Shown: positions 1-8,876 of the stretch, piece after piece | Layout of the letters: each line of letters starts with the position of its first letter | Position numbering within the stretch: the stretch's first letter is position 1 | NCBI GenBank assembly: GCA_018831195.1 | Contig: JAHJDP010000042.1 | Location: 292 to 64,291 of the forward strand | Direction of reading: 5' to 3' | Length of the DNA: 64,000 nucleotides | Source of the DNA: Candidatus Eiseniibacteriota bacterium | GTDB taxonomy: Bacteria; Eisenbacteria; RBG-16-71-46; CAIMUX01; JAHJDP01 | Made by a program: the position numbers and the translations under genes | The notes under the pieces: generated by a model | What the model was told of the DNA's origin: nothing | What the model saw: only the letters and a program-made list of their open reading frames with translations | The model's database searches: none

Positions 1-261
1 TTCGAGTTCGATGAGCAGAGGTTCGATATGAATCACATCCTCAGCGAGAGCGGCCTGCTCAATCTGTGAGCCAAGCTCTCCGACACGGTCATAACCGAAC
101 ATACCCGCCGAACCTTTGAGACTGTGCGATGTCCGGCGAATTGAAATGAGATCCCCACCGTCGAGGTCATGCTTCATCTGATCCAATGAGGACCGGATTT
201 GCACAAGGTACTCCTCCTGCATTTCCCGATACTCATCACCCAGAACATCTTCAATATTCAT
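1..261 (-). CDS. Partial gene for an HPt (histidine phosphotransfer) domain protein, possibly the CheA P1 domain. The N-terminus lies in this window and the gene runs off the window start.
   Basis: The minus-strand translation from the ATG (reverse complement of 259-261) reads MNIEDVLGDEYREMQEEYLVQIRSSLDQMKHDLDGGDLISIRRTSHSLKGSAGMFGYDRVGELGSQIEQ. This contains the HPt signature H-S-L-K-G-S-A-G-M-F-G. A GGGGGA RBS lies just upstream. No stop codon occurs before the window edge. Confidence 0.5.
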   Translation of the reverse strand, partial: MNIEDVLGDEYREMQEEYLVQIRSSLDQMKHDLDGGDLISIRRTSHSLKGSAGMFGYDRVGELGSQIEQAALAEDVIHIEPLLIELE

Positions 262-391
262 GGTATCCCCCGATGTCCCACAATAACTGGACAAACTTCC
301 CCAAAAGCCGGAGGCGATCTCCCCACCGTCCCAGCTCTTGTAACTCATCGTCCGGGTGGGTTCCGAAGTTAACCCCTTGTCAACATTCCGA

Positions 392-1936
392 TCAGGGCGC
401 CGGGGGCGGGGTGGAGGCCCAAGCGGGAAGCCCAAGGGAGCCCATATCGAGGGCCAGCCGACCGAGGGTCAGGACGAGCGCCACAATTATAAGGGCTGTG
501 ATCAGGTTCAGGATGAGACCGGTCCGCGCCATGCGGGGGATCGTTAACCACCCGCTGCCAAAGACGATAGCATTGGGGGGCGTGGCGACCGGGAGCATGA
601 AGGCGCAGGATGCGGCCAGCGCCGCCGGGAGCATCAGGAGATAGGGATGCAGGTGGGCGCCTTTGGCCGCCGAGGCCAAAACCGGCATAAGGAGGGTTGT
701 TGTGGCCGTATTCGATGTGACCTCGGTCAAAAATGTGGTGAGAAGGCTGGTGGCGAGCACCAGAAACGGCGTCGCTACGCCGGTGAGCTGAGCTAATTGG
801 GCGCCAAGCCACCCGTCGAGACCGGTCTGCCTGAAACCGGCCGCCAGGGCGAAGCCGCCGCCGAAGAGGATCAGGATCCCCCAGGGGACCCGGCCCACGG
901 CCTCTTGCCACTGCAGCACCGGCCGCCGGCTTTTGGAACCGGGTGGCCGGACCGGGAGGATAAAAAGAAGGAGCGCCATGGTCACTGCCACGGTGGCATC
1001 ATGAATCCCTGCCTGCCATGGGAAGAGGGTTGACCAGCCGGGCAGGGTCAGGCTCCCCAGTTCGATGGGGCGGCGCGTCATCCAAAGGAGGGCGGTTGTG
1101 GCAAAAACGGTGAGCACGACCTTCTCCGCTCCCGTCATCGGTCCGAGCTTCCGACGCTCTTCACGGACCTGGCGGGCCGCTTCGCCCGGATGGAGTTGTC
1201 CCTTTGGTAAAGTGCCGCCGAATCGCCAAATGACCCAGGCGGCCGCGGGCATGGCCACGAGCACGAAGGGGACTCCGATGATCATCCACTGCATGAAACT
1301 GATTTCAGGCGCTTCGGGGAAAAGTTTATTTGTTAAACCAGTGAAGACGATATTCGGGGGCGTGCCGATGAGGGTGCCGACGCCGCCGATGCTGGCGGCA
1401 TAGGCTATCCCCAACATGATAATGCATCCCAGCTCCCGTTTGAGACTCTCCCGGTTGTGGCCCTCGGGTGAAGCATCGGCGAGATGGGTCACGACGGCGA
1501 TGGCGATGGGAACCATCATGAGCGCGGTTGCCGTGTTGGAAATCCACATCGAGAGAAGAGCGGTGGAGGTCATGAAACCGATGAGCAGCCTTCCGGGGCT
1601 GGCACCGATCCATGAGATCGTGAGAATGGCGATCCGGCGGTGAAGATTCCAGCGCTCGATAGCGGAGGCGATCAGGAATCCGCCAAGGAAGAGAAAGACA
1701 AGTTGGTCGCCGTAGGACGGCGCGACCTGTTTGCTCGGCATGATACCGAGAAGCGGGAAGAGGGCCAAAGGGAGCAGCGCCGTTGCGGGGATCGGGATGG
1801 CTTCGGTGATCCACCAAACAGCCATGAGAATCGCGACCGCGGCCATCTTTCGCTGCTCGGGCGTGATAGCCCCGCCGGGTATAACGATGGGAATGGCGGC
1901 GATGATCAGACCGAGAATCAAGGACTTACGTTTCAT
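392..1936 (-). CDS. Anion permease of the DASS/SLC13 or ArsB/NhaD superfamily, a divalent anion:Na+ symporter-like membrane transporter.
   Basis: 514 aa and polytopic. Duplicated TPPN motifs (GTPPNIVFTGL and ATPPNAIVFGSG) and an SNTATT motif are typical of DASS-family permeases. An ATG start has an AGAGAGGAA RBS upstream. Confidence 0.6.
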   Translation of the reverse strand: MKRKSLILGLIIAAIPIVIPGGAITPEQRKMAAVAILMAVWWITEAIPIPATALLPLALFPLLGIMPSKQVAPSYGDQLVFLFLGGFLIASAIERWNLHRRIAILTISWIGASPGRLLIGFMTSTALLSMWISNTATALMMVPIAIAVVTHLADASPEGHNRESLKRELGCIIMLGIAYAASIGGVGTLIGTPPNIVFTGLTNKLFPEAPEISFMQWMIIGVPFVLVAMPAAAWVIWRFGGTLPKGQLHPGEAARQVREERRKLGPMTGAEKVVLTVFATTALLWMTRRPIELGSLTLPGWSTLFPWQAGIHDATVAVTMALLLFILPVRPPGSKSRRPVLQWQEAVGRVPWGILILFGGGFALAAGFRQTGLDGWLGAQLAQLTGVATPFLVLATSLLTTFLTEVTSNTATTTLLMPVLASAAKGAHLHPYLLMLPAALAASCAFMLPVATPPNAIVFGSGWLTIPRMARTGLILNLITALIIVALVLTLGRLALDMGSLGLPAWASTPPPAP

Positions 1937-1966
1937 CGCGATTCCTCTCTGTTGCTATGGTTGCTT

Positions 1967-3958
1967 CTATTTGTTCTCCGCCGGTTTGGTCGCCAAATAA
2001 GACCTGAGGAGTTTGGCCTGCTCGTGAGATGGATCTATTGTTAAAAGACGGTCGATGTAAACAAGGGCCTCTTCGGGACGATTCATCCGCGTGCCGACTA
2101 GAACGCCGAGATTCCAGAGAGCGTCGACGTTACGGGGATGCTGCGCCAAAACGCGGATGAGGACCTCCCGCGCGGGTTCGAACCGCCCGATCTGCGCCAT
2201 GAGCCGGCCTTGATTGACACCGGCCTCAACAAGGCTGGGGTCGATTTCGTAGGCGCGCCGGTGCGCGTCGATCGCCGCATCATAATCACCCCGGGATTCC
2301 AGGATCCGGCCGAGATTACGAAGAGCCGGGGCGTAATCAGGATCGAGGACGAGGGCGGATCGGATCATCTCCTCGCCCTCATCAATCCGTCCCAGCTCCA
2401 GAAGGCAGACCCCGAGATTGTTCCTGAAGAGGACGCCACGCGGGCCGAGTTCAACCGCCTTGCGGTACTCCTCGGCCGCCTCGCCGAAGTGTCTCTGCTG
2501 CTTATACACCGATGCGATCGCCGCATGCTGGTTGGCGAAAAAATCACTAGGCTTATACATTGGAATATGAACCAGGGCCGTTCCCGCAAGGAGCCCGCCG
2601 ATGAGAAGAACGGGGCGGGGACGGGGAAGATCCGATGAACGCCATGGTCCCGGAATAATCTGAAGCAGGCTCGCCACGGCGATTCCCGAGAAGATGAGCA
2701 GGAAGGGAACCGCCGGCAGCCGGTAACGGGCCGTGATAAAGAAGGGCAGAAGCGTCAGAAGATACCCGAGGACGAAAAGGGCGGGGATCGCCAGCCGCCG
2801 CCGCATCGGCCAGGCGATCAAGAGCCCGGCGATGGCGAAGGGGATCAGCGTCCCGAACCGGAAGGGCGTCCAGCGCAGCACCGGTGAATACCGCTCAAAG
2901 AAGTTCAGATCGAAGTGGTTGGGGATCTCATAAGCGTTCCAAAAGAGAAGAAACTTGCGTCCCAGCAGAATGATGTCACGGCCCGGCTCCTTTGCGATAA
3001 AAGCAAGGCCGTGCCGAAACCAGTAGGTGGAAACCTCGCTTGGTTTGAGGCGCCGGCCGGCGGCCTTCTCGGCCAGCAGGGTCGAGGCCTGCTCGAGGTC
3101 GGATTCCATGGCCGGATCGACGCTGAATATCCCCTCGGCCGTTTCGTTATTGCCAATGTAAAAGTTGATCCCGCCGTTGGAGGTGGTCAAGACAAGATCC
3201 CCGCCGACGATGAGGTTTCGAAGGGTGACGGGGAGGACGACGACAAGAACAGCGGCGGTGAGACTCATGGCGGGACGTAGCGCCGCGCGCCACGGCCGGC
3301 CCGATTGCCATTTCCATCCGGCCAGCAGAAAAGGAATGACACCGAGGATATTCGGTTTGCCGAGCACGGCGAAACCCAGAAGGAGGCCGGATAGGGCCGG
3401 CAGAAGGGTTTCCGGTCTTTTGGAGGGTCCGCGTTCGGCGGAAATGACGAGGAGCAGAAGCGCCGCGGTCAGACAGGTGAGAACCAATGTAATTTCGAGC
3501 ATCTCGCCCGAGAAGAAAAGGAAGGCCTGATAGAAACCGGCGAAAATCGCCGTAATCCATGCCGTCGTCGATCCCAGCAGCCGCCGGGTGAGGATCCACA
3601 GAAGCAGAACCGTCATCGAATCGATCAAGCCCTGCGCGACGTAGAGCCCGAAAATGCTGCTCCCGTTGATGAGATAGTTCAGCGCCATGAAGAAGGGATA
3701 GAGTGGGCTCGAGTGAAAATAGACTCCCCTGCCCAGCAGGTCGCCGCCCAGGATCTCTCCCGCGCGAATGTGATAGAGAAGCGGGTCGGCAGTGGGATTG
3801 AGAAAGGTGGGGTTGTCCCTGATCTGGAGCAGGTAGATCCATCGTACGAAGAACGCCGCGGCAATAAAAATGATGAGGAACAGCTTTTCCCGGTTCATAA
3901 AGCCTGATAATTTCGGCGCCGATTCCTTCTTTTGCGGACCCTTTGTTTTCCTGGCCAT
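1967..3958 (-). CDS. Membrane protein with a PMT/ArnT-like (GT39/GT83-like) polytopic N-terminal domain and C-terminal TPR repeats.
   Basis: The hydrophobic multi-pass N-terminal half resembles a dolichyl-phosphate-mannose or ArnT-type glycosyltransferase. The C-terminal ~200 aa carry TPR-like repeats (AEEYRKAVELGP...ALRNLGRILESRGDYDAAIDAHRRAYEIDP). The chosen start is MARKTKGPQKKESAPK (ATG at 3956-3958) with a GGGAGGAAC RBS. The six-frame ORF extends further to 4288 but has no RBS support there. Confidence 0.5.
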   Translation of the reverse strand: MARKTKGPQKKESAPKLSGFMNREKLFLIIFIAAAFFVRWIYLLQIRDNPTFLNPTADPLLYHIRAGEILGGDLLGRGVYFHSSPLYPFFMALNYLINGSSIFGLYVAQGLIDSMTVLLLWILTRRLLGSTTAWITAIFAGFYQAFLFFSGEMLEITLVLTCLTAALLLLVISAERGPSKRPETLLPALSGLLLGFAVLGKPNILGVIPFLLAGWKWQSGRPWRAALRPAMSLTAAVLVVVLPVTLRNLIVGGDLVLTTSNGGINFYIGNNETAEGIFSVDPAMESDLEQASTLLAEKAAGRRLKPSEVSTYWFRHGLAFIAKEPGRDIILLGRKFLLFWNAYEIPNHFDLNFFERYSPVLRWTPFRFGTLIPFAIAGLLIAWPMRRRLAIPALFVLGYLLTLLPFFITARYRLPAVPFLLIFSGIAVASLLQIIPGPWRSSDLPRPRPVLLIGGLLAGTALVHIPMYKPSDFFANQHAAIASVYKQQRHFGEAAEEYRKAVELGPRGVLFRNNLGVCLLELGRIDEGEEMIRSALVLDPDYAPALRNLGRILESRGDYDAAIDAHRRAYEIDPSLVEAGVNQGRLMAQIGRFEPAREVLIRVLAQHPRNVDALWNLGVLVGTRMNRPEEALVYIDRLLTIDPSHEQAKLLRSYLATKPAENK

Positions 3959-4036
3959 CGCTGCCTGTTCCTCCCGATCCTCCAGCGTCTCCTGGAGATG
4001 ATAGGACAGGAATTTTCCCAACTCAAATCGTGGAAT

Positions 4037-4068
4037 AAAAAAACCGCGGGGCCCTCGGACCCCGCGGT
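4037..4068 (-). terminator. Rho-independent terminator downstream of the 4101..4685 gene.
   Basis: The minus strand reads CCGCGGGGTCCGAGGGCCCCGCGG followed by TTTTTTTATT. This is a perfect GC-rich hairpin plus U-run, 35-65 nt after the stop codon. Confidence 0.6.
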
Positions 4069-4100
4069 TATGATGGCGACGTTGAATTCCGCCGGTCGAT

Positions 4101-4685
4101 CTAATTCTTCGAATCGAGTTTCTGGCGCTCCTTGATCCCTTGGTAGAGCAGATAAACTCCCAGGGCCATCGGAAGGACCGGCCACCAATCCTCCAGCCAA
4201 TCAAGCGAGATCTCGAAGACGGAGTTGAGGAATAGGATGAATCCGACAAGAAGGAGAAGGGCGCCGCCGACCATCGAACCGCCCGCACCCGCCTTAATCT
4301 TCTGATCTCTCAGTGGATCGGGACCCATTCCCGCTAAGGCTTCATTGTAAAAGGAAGCAAGCCGGACCGCGTCGACAACGTTATACAGCCAGTAGAACGA
4401 GAGGAAAATTCCCAGTAATGGGCTGAGCGCTCCCACGTCGTTGGCGAGCAAGGTAATTGTGGCCGAGACCACAATGATATTGATGAAGCCGCGCTGGTAG
4501 TATCCGACATAAACCTGTCCCAGTCCCGGAAGCATGGAGAGAAAGCCGGCCAGCGCCGCCGATTTCCGACGCGCGGGCGGCAGGTGCACGGGGGCGGGTG
4601 CGCCTTGAGGCAGGGGTGGGGCTTGCCGCGCTTGGCCGGGCGGGCTGAAGTTCGGATCCGGTGTGCCGTCTTGATATGAACTCAT
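4101..4685 (-). CDS. Small membrane protein with a proline-rich N-terminus, co-transcribed downstream of the ECF σ/anti-σ pair.
   Basis: The ATG is the reverse complement of 4683-4685, preceded by a GGAGGA RBS. The product reads MSSYQDGTPDPNFSPPGQARQAPPLPQGAPAP... followed by three or four hydrophobic helices. I recognise no catalytic motif. Confidence 0.45.
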   Translation of the reverse strand: MSSYQDGTPDPNFSPPGQARQAPPLPQGAPAPVHLPPARRKSAALAGFLSMLPGLGQVYVGYYQRGFINIIVVSATITLLANDVGALSPLLGIFLSFYWLYNVVDAVRLASFYNEALAGMGPDPLRDQKIKAGAGGSMVGGALLLLVGFILFLNSVFEISLDWLEDWWPVLPMALGVYLLYQGIKERQKLDSKN

Positions 4686-4782
4686 GTCATCCTCCTTTGA
4701 AACCGCTTGATCGCCTCTGAAATGTCTTCTCGCCGGGCCGATCATTTATCTTTCTGATACCCTCATGACGCAAACCTGATAG

Positions 4783-5718
4783 TTAAGGTTCGGTGCTTTC
4801 TTCTTTATCTTTTTCAATACCCTTCCAGCGCTGCGATATCGTCTTCTTCATCTCGGTGATATGCTGCCAGGTTTCGATGAAGTTTCCTTTTATAACCGAT
4901 ACCCCGGCCTTACCGGCGTAAGATCCTCCAATCGACGCCGTGTCGAGGAGTTTGTCGCCGGTTTCTACAAAAGCATCCCAGAGATTTCCGGTCTCTTTTG
5001 CAAGCGGAACGCCGGTCCGCTCCCAGACACTTCCGCCGAAATCCGCGATACGGCCGCGGGCCGGTTCATTGGCCTGCCAAGCCTGCGAAACCGACTCAAT
5101 GGGATTTGTCCCGGCCCGTGCCGCCGGATCCGAGTTGCCTTCGAATGGGAAACCGAAAATATTAAAAAGAATAAACAGGATCATTGCAAAAGAGTAAGCC
5201 ACTTCCAGCGGGAAACGAGGACGCCGGATCTGACGGGACCACCAGCCGGAGACGGCGCCGGTGACAGTGCCGGTGACCCGGCTCTTCAAGCTGGGTTTGT
5301 AGATGGTGCGATCGAGGACATCCATGACAAACCGCGAATCCGGTTGGATCTCCGCCATCGAACGGAGATCTTCGGAAAGATTCGCTAAGATGTTCTTGAG
5401 CAGAGTGCAATTGTCGCAGCGTTCGAGGTGGTGCGCCACCAATTCCTCGTTCGTTGGATCCAGATTTCCCTCAATGTGATCGCAAAGAAGTTCTTCGAGA
5501 CGGCGGCAGGGGGAACCGGTCGTCTGTTCGAGAATCGCGCCGGTCAGCTCGGCCTGGGTTTCATCCGACAGCAAATCGGGCTCAGTTTTGAAAAGCCTGT
5601 AGACTTCACGGCAGTGCTCACACTCCACCATGTGTTCGCGGGCGGCCTGATCTTCCGCGTGAGACAATCTGTCTCCGAGCAGTCGATCGAGGATCTTTTC
5701 AAATGCCGCGCAATCCAT
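4783..5718 (-). CDS. Anti-sigma factor carrying tandem zinc-finger (zf-HC2/ZAS-like) motifs and a single transmembrane helix.
   Basis: The N-terminus has HMVECEHC and HHLERCDNC (HxxxCxxC) motifs, which are characteristic of ZAS-type anti-σ domains. A TM segment AYSFAMILFILFNIFGF follows. The gene lies immediately downstream of an ECF σ factor with a 6-bp gap, the classic arrangement. Confidence 0.7.
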   Translation of the reverse strand: MDCAAFEKILDRLLGDRLSHAEDQAAREHMVECEHCREVYRLFKTEPDLLSDETQAELTGAILEQTTGSPCRRLEELLCDHIEGNLDPTNEELVAHHLERCDNCTLLKNILANLSEDLRSMAEIQPDSRFVMDVLDRTIYKPSLKSRVTGTVTGAVSGWWSRQIRRPRFPLEVAYSFAMILFILFNIFGFPFEGNSDPAARAGTNPIESVSQAWQANEPARGRIADFGGSVWERTGVPLAKETGNLWDAFVETGDKLLDTASIGGSYAGKAGVSVIKGNFIETWQHITEMKKTISQRWKGIEKDKEESTEP

Positions 5719-5724
5719 GACGAA

Positions 5725-6297
5725 TCAGTCTCCGGTCCCTTCTGTGTTTCTGCCGGCCATCTCGAGCACCTGCCGCGCCAGTTGAATCCGGGCACGGTTG
5801 GAACGTGACTTCACTGTGCCGATCGGCAACTTCAACATTTTGGAGATCTCTTCCAAACTCAAGCCTTGAATCTCCTTCAGAACAATGATCTCCCGGTTGA
5901 TCTCGCTCAGCTTTCGAAGGGCGGTATGCACCAGCTTCTTTCTCGAGCTGAGTTGAAATTCCTCCGCGGGGTCCAGTGTGTCTGCTTGTAAGTGCGTCAT
6001 CTCATCCACCGGAACGCCGCTCATGGGCGGGCGGGCCTTTCTGCGCCGCAGGCGGTCGATGCACATGTTCCGGGCGACCCGGAGCATCCACGGCACGAAG
6101 GTCTTCTCATTCGTGCAACTGTCCAGCCGGTTGTATATGCGGATGAAGATGTCTTGTGCCAGATCCCGCGCTTCTTCGGCGTTGCCGATATAATGATAGG
6201 CGAGTCCGTATATCCGGCCCTGGAAGCGTGTCACCAACAGCTCCCAGGCGAGAGCATCTCCTTTCCGGCATTGGCCGACTAATGTGGTTATGTCCAT
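5725..6297 (-). CDS. ECF (extracytoplasmic function) RNA polymerase sigma factor of the σ70 family, with regions 2 and 4.
   Basis: Region 2 reads ELLVTRFQGRIYGLAYHYIGNAEEARDLAQDIFIRIY. Region 4 carries an HTH (LSLEEISKMLKLPIGTVKSRSNRARIQL). The start ATG is at 6295-6297 (MDITTLVG). The longer ORF runs to 6360 but lacks support. Confidence 0.85.
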   Translation of the reverse strand: MDITTLVGQCRKGDALAWELLVTRFQGRIYGLAYHYIGNAEEARDLAQDIFIRIYNRLDSCTNEKTFVPWMLRVARNMCIDRLRRRKARPPMSGVPVDEMTHLQADTLDPAEEFQLSSRKKLVHTALRKLSEINREIIVLKEIQGLSLEEISKMLKLPIGTVKSRSNRARIQLARQVLEMAGRNTEGTGD

Positions 6298-6351
6298 CAA
6301 CCTCTCACCCTGTTCGCTGACCCTTCTGCAACTCCCCACATTCGATAAGAC

Positions 6352-6380
6352 AAGACGCAAAGGGACTTGTCCAGGTTCCG
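6352..6380 (-). promoter_or_regulatory. Putative ECF-type autoregulated promoter (GGAACC, 16-nt spacer, CGTCTT).
   Basis: About 60 nt upstream of the σ-factor start, the minus strand reads GGAACCTGGACAAGTCCCTTTGCGTCTT. This matches the ECF -35 'GGAAC' and -10 'CGT' pattern by eye only. Confidence 0.3.
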
Positions 6381-6629
6381 TTGCGGGGAAGGATACGATC
6401 AGCTTATCCCAAATCCGGCGGAGCGATGCCTTGTAATCTATTGTTTTGCAATGGGATGCCCATTATATCGCTCTGGGGTTAAAAATATGGGCCGGTTGAT
6501 GTGGACGCTGTGCCACGGGAGAAAATCAAGGTAGAATCCGGCCTGAGATGTTCATCGACGATCGGGGGTCTCCGGTCAAAGGTCATGGGTTCCCGGCTGG
6601 GAGTTCCCTGGGATGACGAGGAGGAGAAG

Positions 6630-7412
6630 ATGATTCGTAAGATTCTGAAATCTGCTGTTTTTGTTGCCATGCTATGCGGTCTGCTGAGTCTTGACGCCCC
6701 CGGATGGATTTTTGGTGGAATGCCAAAGATTCAGGCCGAGAACCCCCTCATTACGGATGGTGATTTTGAATCGAATGCCGACGGCCAGCAATTGCGGGCA
6801 AAGGAAAAGTGGGGGTGGTGTGAGAGCCGCCGGAACGGCAATGGCCGGATGCTGCTGAAATGTTCAAAGAAGAAGGTTTTTGGGAATGCTACAACCAAAG
6901 CCATGATCAAGGGTGATCCGGAATACAATACCTACATGACGCAGCGGCTGGGCGAATCACAGACGGGTGAATTCGCCCTTCAGTGGGATATCTGTGTCAG
7001 GGAAATATTGCCTCAGTACAACCGGTCGGCCTTTCAAATTATCGGAGACGCTTCGGCCAAGGGCAAAGGACCCAATGCGGTGGGCAAGGAGCGGTTCGTC
7101 TTTTTAGGGTTCGAAAATGCCGAGACGCCGGGCAAGATCAATTTGGTGGCCTTCGAGGGCGGGAAGGAGTGGGACAAGAAAACCCTGGTCGCGCCCGGTC
7201 TGGATCTCAAGACATGGTACACGGTTTCTGTGAAGGTCGACGTTTCCAAGAAACGCTACACGGTCTCTGTTCCCGGTGTGATGGATACTCCGGTTGAAAT
7301 GGAAGCGTACAAGGTTAAAAAGGGTCCCCCGAAGAAATTGACCCATATCAGTTTTGCCTCTTGGAATGATGGGCCGGGAACATTTTACATTGATAACGTC
7401 CGGCAGCCATAA
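6630..7412 (+). CDS. Secreted hypothetical protein with a signal peptide, possibly a lectin or jelly-roll-like fold.
   Basis: A GGAGGAG RBS precedes the ATG at 6630. The signal peptide is MIRKILKSAVFVAMLCGLLSL. No motif was recognised. The gene is divergent from the ECF σ operon. Confidence 0.5.
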   Translation: MIRKILKSAVFVAMLCGLLSLDAPGWIFGGMPKIQAENPLITDGDFESNADGQQLRAKEKWGWCESRRNGNGRMLLKCSKKKVFGNATTKAMIKGDPEYNTYMTQRLGESQTGEFALQWDICVREILPQYNRSAFQIIGDASAKGKGPNAVGKERFVFLGFENAETPGKINLVAFEGGKEWDKKTLVAPGLDLKTWYTVSVKVDVSKKRYTVSVPGVMDTPVEMEAYKVKKGPPKKLTHISFASWNDGPGTFYIDNVRQP

Positions 7413-7444
7413 GCAGCCGCGACAGTCTTAATAGAATCTGAAAC

Positions 7445-7494
7445 GGCCTTGGGGATTGGTGAATTGCTACTCATCCCCAAGGCCGAATTTTTGC
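7445..7494 (+). terminator. Intrinsic terminator for the 6630..7412 gene; it overlaps the 3' end of the convergent response-regulator gene.
   Basis: A perfect 12-bp stem (GGCCTTGGGGAT ... ATCCCCAAGGCC) is followed by GAATTTTTG. Confidence 0.5.
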
Positions 7495-8876
7495 GCCCGG
7501 TAACGCATCGTCTTGTAGGAGATGCCGAGCCGGCGGGCCGCCTCGCTGAGATTGCCGTTGGATCTGTGGATGGCTTCCCGCAGAAGCTGTTCTTCGAGAT
7601 CGGTGAGTGAGATCGGGCCTTGATCGAGCAGTCGTCCCGGCTCAAGCGGGAGGGATCCGGCGGGCCGGTTCGATTCTAGCGGGGCCGGCGGCTGATGTTT
7701 TCGGACGGAAGGAGGCAGGTCCTCCAAACCCAGGGGCTCGCCGTCGGAGAGGGCCACCATCTTCTCCATCATATGCTCGAGTTCCCTGACATTGCCGGGG
7801 AAGGGATACCCCTTGAGGTATTGAAGAAGCGATTCGCTTAAGTCGGGGGCTGGGACGCCGGAACGGGCCGCGGCCCGGTTCCGGAAGAGTTCCGCAAGGA
7901 TAGGTATATCATCTTTTCGATCCCGCAAGGGCGGCAGCAGAAGTTCATGTACATTAAGGCGGTAATAAAGATCTTCCCGGAAGGATCCCTCTTTTACCAT
8001 TTGCGGGAGATCACGGTTCGTCGCCGCGATGAGCCGCACATCGATCGGACGAAGGGTATGGCCGCCGATGCGCTCCACCGATCTGTCTTCCACGACCCGC
8101 AGTAGTTTGGCCTGAAGATTCAACGGCATGGCGCTGATCTCATCGAGAAAAAGGGTTCCGCCGTCGGCTTGTTCAAAACGCCCGATCCGGTCGGCCGTGG
8201 CGTGGGTGAAGGATCCCCGCTCATGGCCGAAGAGTTCGCTCTCCGCGATCCCCTCGGGTATGGCCGCGCAATTGACAGGGACAAAAGGACCATCCGCCCT
8301 CAAACCGTTATAATGCAGCGCCCGCGCGACAAGTTCCTTGCCCGTCCCGCTTTCACCGGTGATGAGGACATCGCCTTGAAGTTTCGTCAGCTTCTCCAGC
8401 CGCCTGAGGCATTCCTGGATCGAGGGCGACCGGCCATAGATTTTCGGCGCGGCCTGTGCGCCGAGCTTCTCGCGCAGCCGTTTGTTCTCGCGAAGCAGGC
8501 CGACCCGTTCGGCTACCCGCCTGACGCGCTGGACCAATTCATCTTTGTTAAAGGGTTTTTGAAGATAGTCGAAGGCGCCGCTCTTCATCGCCTCGACGGC
8601 CGATGATACGGTGCCGAAGGCCGTCATGAGTATAACAATCAGATCGGGTTTGAGGATCAGCGCCTGTCGCAGGAGTTCGACACCATCCATGCCGGGCATC
8701 CGCAGATCGGTGATGAGCAGATCGATGGGTTTCCGGTCCTGCATGATCTTCAGGGCGTCGCCGCCTGAACCCGCCGAGGAGACGGTGTAACCTTCATCCT
8801 GCAGGATTTCGCCCAGGATTTGTCTTTGCGCCGTCTCATCATCGACGATGAGAATGTTTAGCGGGATCGTCTTCAC
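7467..8876 (-). CDS. σ54-dependent two-component response regulator of the NtrC family (REC domain, AAA+ σ54-activator domain, Fis-type HTH).
   Basis: The REC domain reads ILIVDDE...DLRMPGMDG. The Walker A motif is GESGTGKELVARALH. The C-terminal HTH reads LSEAARRLGISYKTMRYRAQKFGL. The start is GTG and overlaps the upstream kinase stop codon (GTGA). Confidence 0.9.
   Translation of the reverse strand: MKTIPLNILIVDDETAQRQILGEILQDEGYTVSSAGSGGDALKIMQDRKPIDLLITDLRMPGMDGVELLRQALILKPDLIVILMTAFGTVSSAVEAMKSGAFDYLQKPFNKDELVQRVRRVAERVGLLRENKRLREKLGAQAAPKIYGRSPSIQECLRRLEKLTKLQGDVLITGESGTGKELVARALHYNGLRADGPFVPVNCAAIPEGIAESELFGHERGSFTHATADRIGRFEQADGGTLFLDEISAMPLNLQAKLLRVVEDRSVERIGGHTLRPIDVRLIAATNRDLPQMVKEGSFREDLYYRLNVHELLLPPLRDRKDDIPILAELFRNRAAARSGVPAPDLSESLLQYLKGYPFPGNVRELEHMMEKMVALSDGEPLGLEDLPPSVRKHQPPAPLESNRPAGSLPLEPGRLLDQGPISLTDLEEQLLREAIHRSNGNLSEAARRLGISYKTMRYRAQKFGLGDE

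Noticed and set aside
186-1033. Several 60-180-aa ORFs (186..644 +, 356..547 +, 369..911 -, 797..1033 +) overlapping the DASS transporter gene
   Set aside because: They lie in other frames or antisense within a well-supported 514-aa membrane-protein gene. They are Arg/Pro/Gly-rich, as expected from spurious ORFs in high-GC DNA, and have no RBS.
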